From Octopus bimaculoides (Eukaryota), in assembly GCF_001194135.2 (NCBI RefSeq), contig NC_069000.1, positions 45,497,380-45,536,398 on the forward strand: 39,019 nucleotides of DNA, written 5' to 3'. Position 1 is the first letter of the stretch; each line of letters opens with the position of its first letter. The notes beneath the pieces were generated by a model. That model was given only the letters and a program-made list of their open reading frames with translations, was not told the DNA's origin and made no database searches. A program made the translations under genes and the position numbers. Positions 10,600-22,014 of this stretch are shown here, piece by piece.

Positions 10600-10815
10600 T
10601 GTCTTCGCCTTTGTGCCCCGTCCACCGCTTAACAACCAGTGTTGGTTGTTTAGTGGTTGCATCCCTGTAAGAATAGCGGTTCGGCAAAACAGACCGATAT
10701 AGAATAAGAAGCAGACTTTAAAATAAGTATTGGGAGTAGATTTTTTCGACTAAACCCTGCGAGGTAGTGCCCCAGTCTGGCCGTACTCCAGTAACTAAAA
10801 CAAATAGCAGAAAAA
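10600..10815 (+). mobile_element. Diverged SINE family A 3' half
   Basis: TAGCGGTTCGGCAAAACAGACCGATA...TTCGACTAAA...GTAACTAAAACAAA aligns to 9410-9590. Confidence 0.75.
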
Positions 10816-11568
10816 TAGATTCTGTGTCTGTTTTTCTTTTCACTTTTCTTTTTTATATTTCTTCTTTTTAGTTTGGCAAACGCTGGAATCTTACGTGACT
10901 TATCAAGAGCTTCGTCTCTGGAAGGAATTTCTTCCACGAATTACCAAATTAACGTTTGGTCTTACGAGTTAATTCATGTAAAATTAAGCGTCAGTAATTA
11001 AGAGTTTCCTCCGATATCTGATACGGTGTGTTTGCTGGCGTTATTGTCGACATATACAGCATGCAATAATCGTTATGTTACTACACAGAATTCCGTCGGC
11101 ATCAGCATTCCTGAAATATATCGGTTAACTTAGCTTGACTAAAGGATGTTTTAATGGTCGATGTAGTCTTCTGTAGGAAGGATTCTTGCATAATCTTCAC
11201 AATTCTGTAATATTAGACGAGATAAGCTCTGTTAGAAAGAAAAATAGCGAATGGAAAAGGTATTATGTCATACGCGATATAATTGGTCGGTTGGAACAAT
11301 CTTAATTTTGAAAGACATTTTCTTGTTTAAGTAGGTTGTTTGTTCTCTTTTTTCTAAACTTGCTAATTTAGACACACAATTATACACATTCATATATACG
11401 TGTATGTGTCTAAAAATATATACGTGTATGTGTCTAAAAATACTAGTCAGTCTCCTTGCAAAATTTGAATAAACGTTGTACATTACTAAAAGAATATTGA
11501 ATAATTTTTCCTTAAAATATTTTTATATATAACTTCACATAGAGACAAACATTAATAAATATTTATAA

Positions 11569-11775
11569 GTAAAGTTCCTTCTCGAGTCATTTAAACTCGT
11601 GGGGTCTGTTTCCCCGGTTGTCATGGCGTATATATTTCCCAGCTGGACGGGATGCCGGTCCGTCTCAGGATTACTCATTTCTGCCAGCTGGGTGAACTGG
11701 AGCAACGTGAAATGAAGTGCCTTGCACAAGGGCACAATGTGTCACCCGGTCCAGGAATCGAAACCACAATCTTGA
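11569..11775 (-). mobile_element. SINE family C (5'-truncated)
   Basis: Reverse complement aligns along 2860-3065, including the CORE-like domain and the CTCGAGAAGG tail. Confidence 0.88.
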
Positions 11776-11999
11776 TTCTGATTTATCTGTGCTGTGACTT
11801 GCTGTCAATAAATACGTAGTATAGGAACCAGTCCGGCCAGTCTTTGGGTTGACAGGTTGCCCCGGGTAAGACCCGGGAATATACTGACAAATGGTGAATG
11901 CAGCAAAGTGCTGCAGTGGCGCATGACCCCACACCCGACCTGGTCCCTGTGCATTGATTTGCTCCCCGGGGTGGGGTGGGGGTTTATATGGCTGCTAAG

Positions 12000-12075
12000 A
12001 TTGTCCTGGGCGCAACGTACTGTCCAGTCTAGGAACTGAACCCAAGACTTTTTAATCCCAACTCTAAAATCCCAA
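12000..12075 (-). mobile_element. SINE family C head fragment
   Basis: CAACGTACTGTCCAGTCTAGGAACTGAACCCAAGACT resembles 7095-7125 and 11735-11775. Confidence 0.45.
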
Positions 12076-12476
12076 CGCAGTGAAATGCCCAGAACGATTA
12101 GTAAATGATGCTGGCAGGTTCGAACAAATGTTCTGTGAATTATAGAATGTAGGTAGATACCTTCTTCACAAATTTAATTAATGAAAGATATTTAATTATC
12201 GAAGAAAATTAGCAGTGTGAACGTGTTGGCAGTGTATTATACAGATCGTTATAAATTATAAATTATATCAGTCGGTGCTACCATAACATAAGGTCTATGT
12301 ACAAATGTCGAACGTTTAGCACGCTTAGAGTCATATCTGGTGCCAGTCTATTGTGGCTTTTTCAACATTTATGATTAATCTAAAGGACTAATCATAAAGG
12401 AAGAAAGAACAACCTCACATATAGAGCCAAGGTAACTTATCAAGGTCACAAGCATATGTATATGTGTGTATGGGTT

Positions 12477-12531
<55 letters not shown>

Positions 12532-14102
12532 NNNNNNNNNNNNNNNNNNNNNNNNNNNNNNNNNNNNNNNNNNNNNNNNNNNNNNNNNNNNNNNNNNNNN
12601 NNNNNNNNNNNNNNNNNNNNNNNNNNNNNNNNNNNNNNNNNNNNNNNNNNNNNNNNNNNNNNNNNNNNNNNNNNNNNNNNNNNNNNNNNNNNNNNNNNNN
12701 NNNNNNNNNNNNNNNNNNNNNNNNNNNNNNNNNNNNNNNNNNNNNNNNNNNNNNNNNNNNNNNNNNNNNNNNNNNNNNNNNNNNNNNNNNNNNNNNNNNN
12801 NNNNNNNNNNNNNNNNNNNNNNNNNNNNNNNNNNNNNNNNNNNNNNNNNNNNNNNNNNNNNNNNNNNNNNNNNNNNNNNNNNNNNNNNNNNNNNNNNNNN
12901 NNNNNNNNNNNNNNNNNNNNNNNNNNNNNNNNNNNNNNNNNNNNNNNNNNNNNNNNNNNNNNNNNNNNNNNNNNNNNNNNNNNNNNNNNNNNNNNNNNNN
13001 NNNNNNNNNNNNNNNNNNNNNNNNNNNNNNNNNNNNNNNNNNNNNNNNNNNNNNNNNNNNNNNNNNNNNNNNNNNNNNNNNNNNNNNNNNNNNNNNNNNN
13101 NNNNNNNNNNNNNNNNNNNNNNNNNNNNNNNNNNNNNNNNNNNNNNNNNNNNNNNNNNNNNNNNNNNNNNNNNNNNNNNNNNNNNNNNNNNNNNNNNNNN
13201 NNNNNNNNNNNNNNNNNNNNNNNNNNNNNNNNNNNNNNNNNNNNNNNNNNNNNNNNNNNNNNNNNNNNNNNNNNNNNNNNNNNNNNNNNNNNNNNNNNNN
13301 NNNNNATATATATATATATATATACTCGTTCTGAGTCGAGAGCCCTATTCCACAACCTTCGTTGGATGGGTGAACGCAAAATTGACTCATAGGCAAGAAA
13401 GAAGAAGTACCCGGATGGAATGTACAGTGTGGCAAGGAGTAAATGTTACTCCTGAAGCCCTGAAGTCGAACATATTCTTTCTTTCATTGATACATACACG
13501 CAAAAGCATACATATACGTTCACAAAAATCCATGTAGTTTACATGCGTATTATCCGCATCTGTATGTGTGTGTATGGCCGTTTATGTTTGTTCAAATACG
13601 CCAGCAATTGTGTATTATTCTACATGAATGCAGACCTGTGAAATTATTCTTCTGCATTAAAGCTATTTCGTGATTCCGCATGTATATGAACACATACTGA
13701 CATATACAAACCTACATACACGTACACAAAAAATTTATGGCATTTAGATGATTCTTAAACACGTCTGTTAGTGTACGTTCATGCACGTTGGTGCAAGTGT
13801 ATCGGCAACCATGTCTACTATCCTACATACACATAGACTCATTAAGTTATTTATCTGTATTAAAGATACTCAAAACTTCGTCGGATCGAGTTCATCTTCG
13901 TCTGTTTAAATGTCAGAGGCCACTTCTGTTGTTATCTACAACTACCGGTAGCTTCAGAAAAGTGGTGCCATCTTCCTTACAAACCAAATGTCTTCAATTG
14001 AATTTTTATCTTACTTTTATATTTATGTATATATATATCGGTATATCTGTGCTTCTATGAATGTGAATATACGTGAGTTTTTGTTTTTACTTTCTTTGGC
14101 AG

Positions 14103-14158
14103 CCATTATGATCAACCATTCAACATTTAGGGTGATGAAAGTTTATCGCCGGCTGGGA
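14103..14158 (+). other. Candidate 56-nt exon of an unidentified transcript
   Basis: Acceptor TTTTTGTTTTTACTTTCTTTGGCAG and donor GGA|GTAAGT. One open frame, IMINHSTFRVMKVYRRLG. No homology recognised. Confidence 0.2.
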
Positions 14159-14911
14159 GTAAGTTTTGACTTCTATCCGAATATTGACGTCACATTATTG
14201 TAATTTTAAATAAACTGCCTGTACGTGCATATACGTATATATACATACGTATATATATATATATGGCGTATTTCATAAAAAAGTGAATTAATTAAGTAGT
14301 GTTTTTCCTGATAAGAATCATTAAAATGTCAGAACAATTTAATAGCTGACAGGAACCAAATGGTTGTTGCTAACTTTTTATGAAGTCTTCTTCCTAAAAG
14401 ACAATCAGCCTTGGAATCATTTTAAAGAAATTACATTTAAACCATTCTGACCTTTCTTAATTGTTGTTGTTTTTCTCGTTTGTACATTGTTGCCGTTTTT
14501 GCCGGAAACCGTAAAGATTGCTCCTCAGATAAGTTGGAAAAGCATTACAAATGGACGGCTTTGTCGTACACACATTGTGTCATGCTCATTCTGCATGAGA
14601 ATTAGGGGTAGACGTGTCTGTGGAATACCCAGCCACTTATAATTAAGTTAATGAACAACGTAATTTAGTTGATTAGACCGACGGAGATTCGTTGCATTGA
14701 CACTACTTGAGGGTGTGGCGGTCGTATCCATGTGATTTCGAGTCTTCTATTGTCTCTCAGTTCCACATCAACTCTGACGAAGATCACTGATCAAAGACGT
14801 TCCAGCAGTGACCATCATTCCTTTTATTCAGGTGCAACATATCAAAAATCAAATTGCTAGGAGATTATCATCAGCTCTATAGTCCTTATTACACAAGAAA
14901 TATAACCCTTA

Positions 14912-15032
14912 AATAATCGTTTCTAATTGAGGCGCATGACCTGAATTTCGGGGCTAGGGATAAGCCCTCACCATTGTTCCAGTACTTGACTGGTACTTTA
15001 TTTTATCGACGCGGAGAGGATGAAATGCCAAG
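14912..15032 (-). mobile_element. SINE family B 3' half
   Basis: CCAGTACTTGACTGGTACTTTATTTTATCGAC...GGATGAAATGCCAAG. Confidence 0.75.
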
Positions 15033-15033
15033 T

Positions 15034-15214
15034 TGCTTAGTGGCATTTCGTCCGTCTTTACGTTTTGAGTTCAAATTCTACCGAGATCGACTTTGCCTTT
15101 TATCTTTTCGGAGTCGATAAATTAAGTACCAGTTGAACACTGAGGTCTACGTAATCGATATACTCTCCCTCCCCCGAAATTGCTGGCCTTGTGTCAAAAT
15201 TTGGAGCCGATAAT
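15034..15214 (+). mobile_element. SINE family B, 5'-truncated, tail type 2
   Basis: GAGTTCAAATTC B box, GTCGATAAATTAAGTACCAG, tail GCTGGCCTTGTGTCAAAATTTG. Confidence 0.9.
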
Positions 15215-15380
15215 CCTAGACTTGTTGTGTGATGTGATTGTGGGGTGTCATGCTGTGAAGTAAAAATACGAGAGTAGTAGTGTAACGAAGAAAGTAGGAG
15301 AGGGTGACAGGTTTTGTTGCTATAGGGTAGTAAGGGGGTATAGTTGTGGTGTACTGAGAGAATGAGGTAAGGGTGTCGGA

Positions 15381-16110
15381 GTAGACTTGCGAGAATGTTA
15401 GGGTAGCTTGGTGAAGTGGTAGCTGGGTAGCTATATAAAAGCTTACAGATAGCCATATGATGTGATAGTCGGGTAGTTATATCAGGGTATGCAAACAGCT
15501 AGGCAAGATGAGGATGGGGTAGGAGGACGAAGGTGTGCAAGTAGCTATTTGATATGGTAGTGGGGTGGTTATATGAGGATTTGCAGGTAACAATAATAGG
15601 TGAGAGTGAGGTAGCTGTATGAGGGTGTGTAGATAATCATATAATGTAGTAATCGACTAGTTATATGCGGGTGTGCATACAGCAAAAAGAAGTGAGTGTG
15701 GGGTGTATTTATGAGTGTGTGCAGATTGCAACTCGATGTAGTAGACATGTACTTATTTATATGCGGGTGTGCAAGTAGCTGTAAGAAGTAGTAGCGGGGT
15801 GGCGTTATGAGGGTGTACGGGTACCTACTTATTGTAATCGCGGGATAGCTACCAAACGAGGGTGTGTCGATAATTATCAGATGTGGTAATAGGGTACTTA
15901 TGTGAGGGTATGCTTGTAGCTACGCAATATGGTAGTAGGGTAGTCATGACAGGGTATGCGGGTAGCTTTGAAAGGTAATAATGGGGTAGACATGTGCGGG
16001 TATGCGGGGACATATTTGAGATGGTAGTGGGGATTAAATATGTGGGAATATGCTGATAGATATATGGTAGGGTAGCAGGGTAGATATGAGATATGAGGTG
16101 TAGGGTGCAA
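15381..16110. repeat. Diverged 46-bp tandem array (~15 units), G-rich on the + strand
   Basis: Unit starts at 15381, 15427, 15473, 15519, 15565, 15611, 15657, 15703, 15749, 15799, 15845, 15894, 15940, 15986, 16032, 16080. Approximate consensus GTAGYTATATGAGGGTRTGCARGTAGCTATWWGATGTRGTAGTGGG. Confidence 0.88.
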
Positions 16111-16247
16111 CACACATCGTGACCACCCGATAAAGAAATTGTCAGATTCTTTATTTCTCATTGTTTTTCAGACACGAATTGTTCTCGTCAGGAGTGATTT
16201 GTTTTTGTGAGTAGTTTGGGGATAATTTTCTGTGCCATAGCTCCCCT

Positions 16248-16279
<32 letters not shown>

Positions 16280-16308
16280 AACACAAGTGTGCACACACCC
16301 AACATGCA

Positions 16309-16353
<45 letters not shown>

Positions 16354-16430
16354 GTACGCACACACACACACACACACATGCGAATATATCTATATATAGA
16401 CATACATGTGTATCTATATATATCGATCTA

Positions 16431-16469
<39 letters not shown>

Positions 16470-16563
16470 ACACACACACAAATATGCATATATATATGTG
16501 TGTGTGTGTATATATATATGTATGCATGTATGTATGTATGCATGCGTGTATGTATTGTTGTAC

Positions 16564-16635
<72 letters not shown>

Positions 16636-16640
16636 ATATA

Positions 16641-16690
<50 letters not shown>
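16248..16690. repeat. Compound microsatellite (CA, TA, TATC, TATG, CT, TG)
   Basis: Direct reading of the sequence. Confidence 0.95.
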
Positions 16691-16691
<1 letters not shown>

Positions 16692-17016
16692 ATTAAAGCA
16701 GCAAAATGATCGCAGGACTTTTACTCAAAGTTTCACGTTCCCGTACCATTACCATTTTAGTTCAGTTTTAATCACAACTCTCCGACGAACTGAAAGACAG
16801 ACAGAGAGTTACAAAATCTCTTTTTTCCTAATTTGCAGCAACATACTTTTCATAATTTTTAATATTTTTGCTTTGTTAATGAGTGCCATTTTGTTTCATT
16901 GTACTAATTAAATATTCCTTGGTTTCGTATATATGCACACACGCACAAGCATTTACCACACAACACATATACGCACATCCGTACGCATGCCCACGTGTAT
17001 ACATGTATGTGTGCGT

Positions 17017-17064
<48 letters not shown>

Positions 17065-17401
17065 GTGTGTGCATGACCGTTCTGCTAGAAAATCAGACTC
17101 ACATCCTACTGCATTCCATATTTAATTAAATTTAAACTCATTAAATTTTTTCGGTTTAGCTACATTAAGTAAGTTAATGTCCATTTTGCAATTTTGGTTT
17201 CATCCACCACGCGACTTCGTATATGCTCTCCCTGTCATTNNNNNNNNNNNNNNNNNNNNNNNNNNNNNNNNNNNNNNNNNNNNNNNNNNNNNNNNNNNNN
17301 NNNNNNNNNNNNNNNNNNNNNNNNNNNNNNNNNNNNNNNNNNNNNNNNNNNNNNNNNNNNNNNNNNNNNNNNNNNNNNNNNNNNNNTATATATATATATA
17401 T

Positions 17402-17612
17402 ATATTTCTTTATTGCCCTCAGGGGGATAAACACAGAGAGGACTGCCAAAGGGATGAAGTCGATTACATCGACCCCAGTGCGCAACTGGTACTTATTTAA
17501 TCGACCCCGGAAGAATGAAAGGCAACGTCGACCTCAGCGGAATTTGAACTCAGAACGTAACGGCAGACGAAATACCGCAAAGCATTTCGTCGGCGTGCTA
17601 ACGATTCTGCTA
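17402..17612 (-). mobile_element. SINE family B, near full length, tail type 1
   Basis: Reverse complement has A box TAGCAGAATCG, B box GAGTTCAAATTCC, body, and tail ...TTTATCCCCCTGAGGGCAATAAAGAAATA. Confidence 0.92.
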
Positions 17613-17680
17613 AGGATAGTTTCAATTCCTGGACCGAATGGTCCGACGTGTTTTGGAGCGAAACCTTTCATCTCCCGTTA
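17612..17680 (+). mobile_element. Diverged SINE family C fragment
   Basis: GTTTCAATTCCTGGACCG...GTGTTTTGGAGCGAAAC aligns to 2866-2915. Confidence 0.4.
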
Positions 17681-17829
17681 CCTTGCTATCACTTCGATAC
17701 CTGACGCGTGGTACACCTTGCACCTGTTGAGGCAACGACGATTTGATGGCAGGAAAAAGCTGATATATTCGATCACTGTAAACAAATCATATATTATTAT
17801 AATGCATTTTATCCGATGGTCCAGCAAAT

Positions 17830-18300
17830 TTGTCAATTCAACACTCTTTAATATACCAGCATCCATCTACGCGCTTGAAACTTGGAAGAAGGCAGCGAAA
17901 ATCTTTCTGTAGCTGGAGGTGTTTTATCGACGCTGCTTATGTTCAGTTCTGGACATTTCTTACTATGACTGAGTGAAAGACGAACAGGTGAAGAGAAGAG
18001 CTGGCTTGGGATGTTTGCAGGGCATGGTGACTAAGGGGTGGATGCGGTTTACTGGTCATGTCCTTCGATTACCGCAGGAAAGACATGCTGCCATCGTGGG
18101 GAGTGAGAGCCGGAAGAAGGACAAAGATCGAGAAGGAGACCAAAGAAGATGTGGTGCAGTACGTTTCCGGATGACATGATAGCAAAGGGATCCGGCCTGA
18201 GTGGCGCTAAGAGGAAAGCTAACAATCAGAATGTTTGGAGAAGGCTCAAGGCCCTTTGCGCTGACAGTACAGAAGGATCTAGGAGTTAAGAGCTAAGAGA
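17830..18300 (+). mobile_element. RTE-clade LINE, 5'-truncated 3' end (post-RT C-terminal region, disrupted)
   Basis: IYALETW...LEVFYRRCLCSVLDISYYD*VKDEQVKRRAG...RFTGHVLRLPQERHA, then after a frameshift PEEGQRSRRRPKKMW...W...*. This matches the typical RTE C-terminus (YGSETW, RRCLRRIL, GHVLR, RGRP..W). Short (CTAAGA)-like tail. Confidence 0.9.
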
Positions 18301-18324
18301 GAACCCTTTTAAAATGGAATGAAT

Positions 18325-18603
18325 ATCGAAAAGTATTTATTTCGGTGTTCCAACGATTCTGGTAAAACACCGCCATAATGTTTTCTTAGGCACAACACCA
18401 GAAATCTGGGGCAGAGAGAAAATTAGTTGATCAAATTTATCCCAGAATTTTGTTGTTAATTTTTGCTATTGATCTCAAAGGAATGGAAAGACGAAGTTGA
18501 ATTCGGGTGGATTTGAACCGAGAACATACAAACAACGAAACTAAATATTGCAAAGAATTTTATGGTGCCACTTCTAACGTTGCTGCCAATCCATCACCTC
18601 GAA
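18325..18603 (-). mobile_element. Two heavily decayed SINE family B remnants
   Basis: AACGATTCTGGTAAAACACCGCC (head, reverse complement), followed by a decayed tail and body including GGATTTGAACCGAGAAC. Confidence 0.5.
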
Positions 18604-19214
18604 ACCACCGCTCCCTCCCTATGGATTCCTAAGATGCTCAGCAAATAGGTTTTTTTGAAGTGGGAGGGTGGAAGAGGGGGGAGGAAGGAAAATAAAGAAA
18701 AAAGAAAAATATTTAAGGGTGTTGTTAAGAGTTGTCAAAACAGAGATGTTTCTTGAAATGGTATCACTGCTTTTAACCATTATTTGGGAGTTGTTGTTTA
18801 CAGAGAGACGGATACATTATACACCTCCCACATGTGTGTATGGATGTACATGTATATGTGTGCANNNNNNNNNNNNNNNNNNNNNNNNNNNNNNNNNNNN
18901 NNNNNNNNNNNNNNNNNNNNNNNNNNNNNNNNNNNNNNNNNNNNNNNNNNNNNNNNNNNNNNNNNNNNNNNNNNNNNNNNNNNNNNNNNNNNNNNNNNNN
19001 NNNNNNNNNNNNNNNNNNNNNNNNNNNNNNNNNNNNNNNNNNNNNNNNNNNNNNNNNNNNNNNNNNNNNNNNNNNNNNNNNNNNNNNNNNNNNNNNNNNN
19101 NNNNNNNNNNNNNNNNNNNNNNNNNNNNNNNNNNNNNNNNNNNNNNNNNNNNNNNNNNNNNNNNNNNNNNNNNNNNNNNNNNNNNNNNNNNNNNNNNNNN
19201 NNNNNNNNNNNNNN

Positions 19215-19250
<36 letters not shown>

Positions 19251-19952
19251 GTATACAAATACACATTTATATGTGTGTAAATATTTTGCCGCTACATATG
19301 CAAGAATATTGGGGTCGGGCCAAATCTTGACTGCGGGACCAGAGGGATAATGGCGTTTAGTTTGATACCTTGTTGTAGTTTCAAATGACCGCCGCGTCAG
19401 TTTTGTTTGTCATTTCATCAAACGTAGACGTAGACGGGGATGGGGATAGAGTAGCGGAGGAGGAGGCATCAAGTTAGAAGCAGAAAACAATAAAATACCT
19501 CATACATAGTTATTCGAACGTTAGCATTTCAGTCTATTCAAAGATAATGTTTTTCAATATATATACCCTTTAAAAAATGCATATTTTGCGAATGAAAAAT
19601 CTAGATCCCCGAAATTTCTGGCCTTACACCAAAGTTTGAAACCAGAATATATACACATACATGTGTGTGTATGTTTCCGCAGAGACACACGCGTACATTC
19701 ATACATACATTCACACACATTCACACACACGTGCGCGCGCACACACGTACGCGCGCACACACACGTACGCGCGCACACACGTACGTACGTACGTACGTAC
19801 GTATATATGTATGTATGTATGCATGCAGCAAAAATTCCCCGCCTATCCCGATCACTGGACTGGCCTGACTCGGTGGATCCCATAGCTACGTCGATCTAGT
19901 CCGACCTGGACTCTCCTGAGGAACAGTGGATCTCGAAGAACATAAAGCTATA

Positions 19953-20030
19953 AATAATGATATCAGATTTTGGCACAAGGCCAGCAATATCAGGGAAGGC
20001 TATTTCTCCCGGCATGCTAACCATTCTGTC
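19953..20030 (-). mobile_element. SINE family B remnant (tail joined to head, middle deleted)
   Basis: ATTTTGGCACAAGGCCAGCAA adjacent to CCCGGCATGCTAACCATTCTG. Confidence 0.6.
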
Positions 20031-20037
20031 TGTTTGG

Positions 20038-20073
<36 letters not shown>

Positions 20074-20689
20074 GCTCATATACACACATATTTGTAACAA
20101 AAATCCCATTTGAGATTTTTTAGACTTGCATTTAATCCTCAATACGATTTGTATGTTTAATATTATGTCAAAATATACTGACCCAAGACTCTCTCTCTCA
20201 CTCCCTCCATACCGTGTTTCTATTATTGTTGTTGCTGTTACTGTGGAGTTGTTGTATTGTTGTTGTTATATTCAACGTAGCTCAAGAGCCTTCTGTTTGT
20301 TTATAATGTCATTTTTGCACGGTGTGGGAGTGTTGTTTTAAAACTAATCGACACCAGGCCAGCTCAGCTGATGCGATATTTGAGGCGTTCACTCGTCAGT
20401 CAATACTTTCAGAATCTTACGCTTAACCACACGACGTCCGTCTCATGTAACAACACACACACACACACACACACACATTACCTCCCTTCCTGTCACTCTC
20501 ACTTTTCCGCTCTATGTGTAAGTATGTTTACATGTACACGTATTTGTGTGGCTGTGTGGTGGAAACAAAGTGGTTGACGTTTACTGTCTCATGTAAAACA
20601 CACGATACACACTAAAAAGACAATCTCCCAGATTAGTCTTGCTGTCCATCTATCAGTCTATCTATACATATACTTTTACAGTTATGTGC

Positions 20690-20757
<68 letters not shown>

Positions 20758-20780
20758 ATGTATGTATGTATGTATGTATA
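20690..20780. repeat. (CTAT)n/(GTAT)n microsatellite
   Basis: Direct reading; another (CTAT)n lies at ~20039-20072. Confidence 0.97.
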
Positions 20781-21404
20781 TCGATTCATATACGCATGTA
20801 TAAAGACTACGTCGACATGCCAGATGCGCTGAAACAATTTTTACATAAATGGAAAACGAAGTGTCAGCAGTTTAAACAGCGATGCAAGCGCCCTCTGATG
20901 TCGCATCATATTCTTTCGACATCAACTAACCACTGAATGTCGAAGTTTTGACTTGGAGGTAAGTCTGCATACGTGAGGAACTTCTGAGAAAGTTTTCTTT
21001 CACTGATGGCCTGAGATATACGTTCAGAGAAGCCACCAGAAGAAATACTGTATATATCTCAGCGAAAATCAACCATGGCCTTATTCCCAGAAGCTTTTAA
21101 AGTGACTGCAACATTGTCCTTCAGAGTTGTTTATCCTGGACTAAGAATCAAGATATCAACCCTTAGCTTGAAGGACATACTTTTGCAAAACAGGAGCAGG
21201 AAATATCCGAAAAATGTCTGATGCATAAAATGGTTAAGGCCGCAGGTAAACTCAGCCAAATGTAAAAACTACACAGGCTGTTTGGAATTAACATTGAAGG
21301 TGTCATCCACATCGTAAGTCGCTGCTCGAAAATATCACCTATGAGACATGTGGCTAGAAAATTATTTAATATATATATATATATATTTATTTATATATGT
21401 ATAT

Positions 21405-21568
21405 ATCACAGGCTTCCGTGCAGTTTTCATTTGCCAGTTTCACTCAAAAGGCATTGATGGGTGCTAGGTTATAATTGAAAGACACTTGCCCAAAATGCCA
21501 CGTGGTAGAACTGAACCTGGAACTACGTGTTATGTAGTTGCGACATGAACTTCTTAACTACACAGCCG
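21405..21568 (-). mobile_element. Diverged SINE family A head next to (TA)n
   Basis: GACACTTGCCCAAAATGCCACG...CTGAACCTGGAAC...CTACACAGCC. Confidence 0.75.
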
Positions 21569-22014
21569 AATTATTTCAATAATCGGAATGCCTTTGAATC
21601 ACGTGATCTTGGAAGAATAAAGATGAAACATTCATACCTTCCTTGAAGCCATCACGTCATTAATATACCAGAAAGGTGCGAGAATTTTCTTGCCAGGATG
21701 AAAACATACTTTAGCAAATAAATAAACAAGCAATAACAGAGTTTTATATAATTTCTTCTGGTTTTCAACCGATGTTATTTAATATATTCCCTTTCCTAAA
21801 TACACAGACTTTGATCTATGGTTAGGGGCAAGGGAGTGGTGCTTGGCCCTTATTACTGTGTTTAAGGGCAAAAGAGTTGTGTCTGGCCCTTAAATCAACA
21901 AGCGTAGGCTGACAGGCAAAAGTTTTCTAATTCTTCTATCGATAGATAACAGACGCAACTGAAAAATAATACTCCTCTCGCATGCTCTTCCTCCTCACCA
22001 CGTTCTATGTGCTT

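Noticed and set aside
10328-10815. Inverted A head plus forward A 3' half suggesting one twin-priming 5' inversion
   Set aside because: The 3' half is much more diverged than the head and ~120 nt of unrelated sequence separates them; two independent insertions are more likely.
11392-11442. 24-bp tandem duplication; also short duplications at ~7047-7076 and ~38133-38157
   Set aside because: Ordinary slippage-type local duplications.
15381-16110. CRISPR-like or coding-repeat interpretation of the 46-bp array
   Set aside because: No invariant repeat with unique spacers, eukaryotic context, a period not divisible by 3, and stops in the frames inspected.
16160-16195. Minus-strand CTGACGA...GAAA hammerhead-like spacing
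   Set aside because: Stem II is not closed by a G-C pair before GAAA and there is no stem III or cleavage triplet.
20800-21360. Balanced-composition stretch with a GAG|GTAAGT donor at 20958 and short open frames
   Set aside because: No suitable acceptor with an open frame, and no recognisable motif in the frames I translated.
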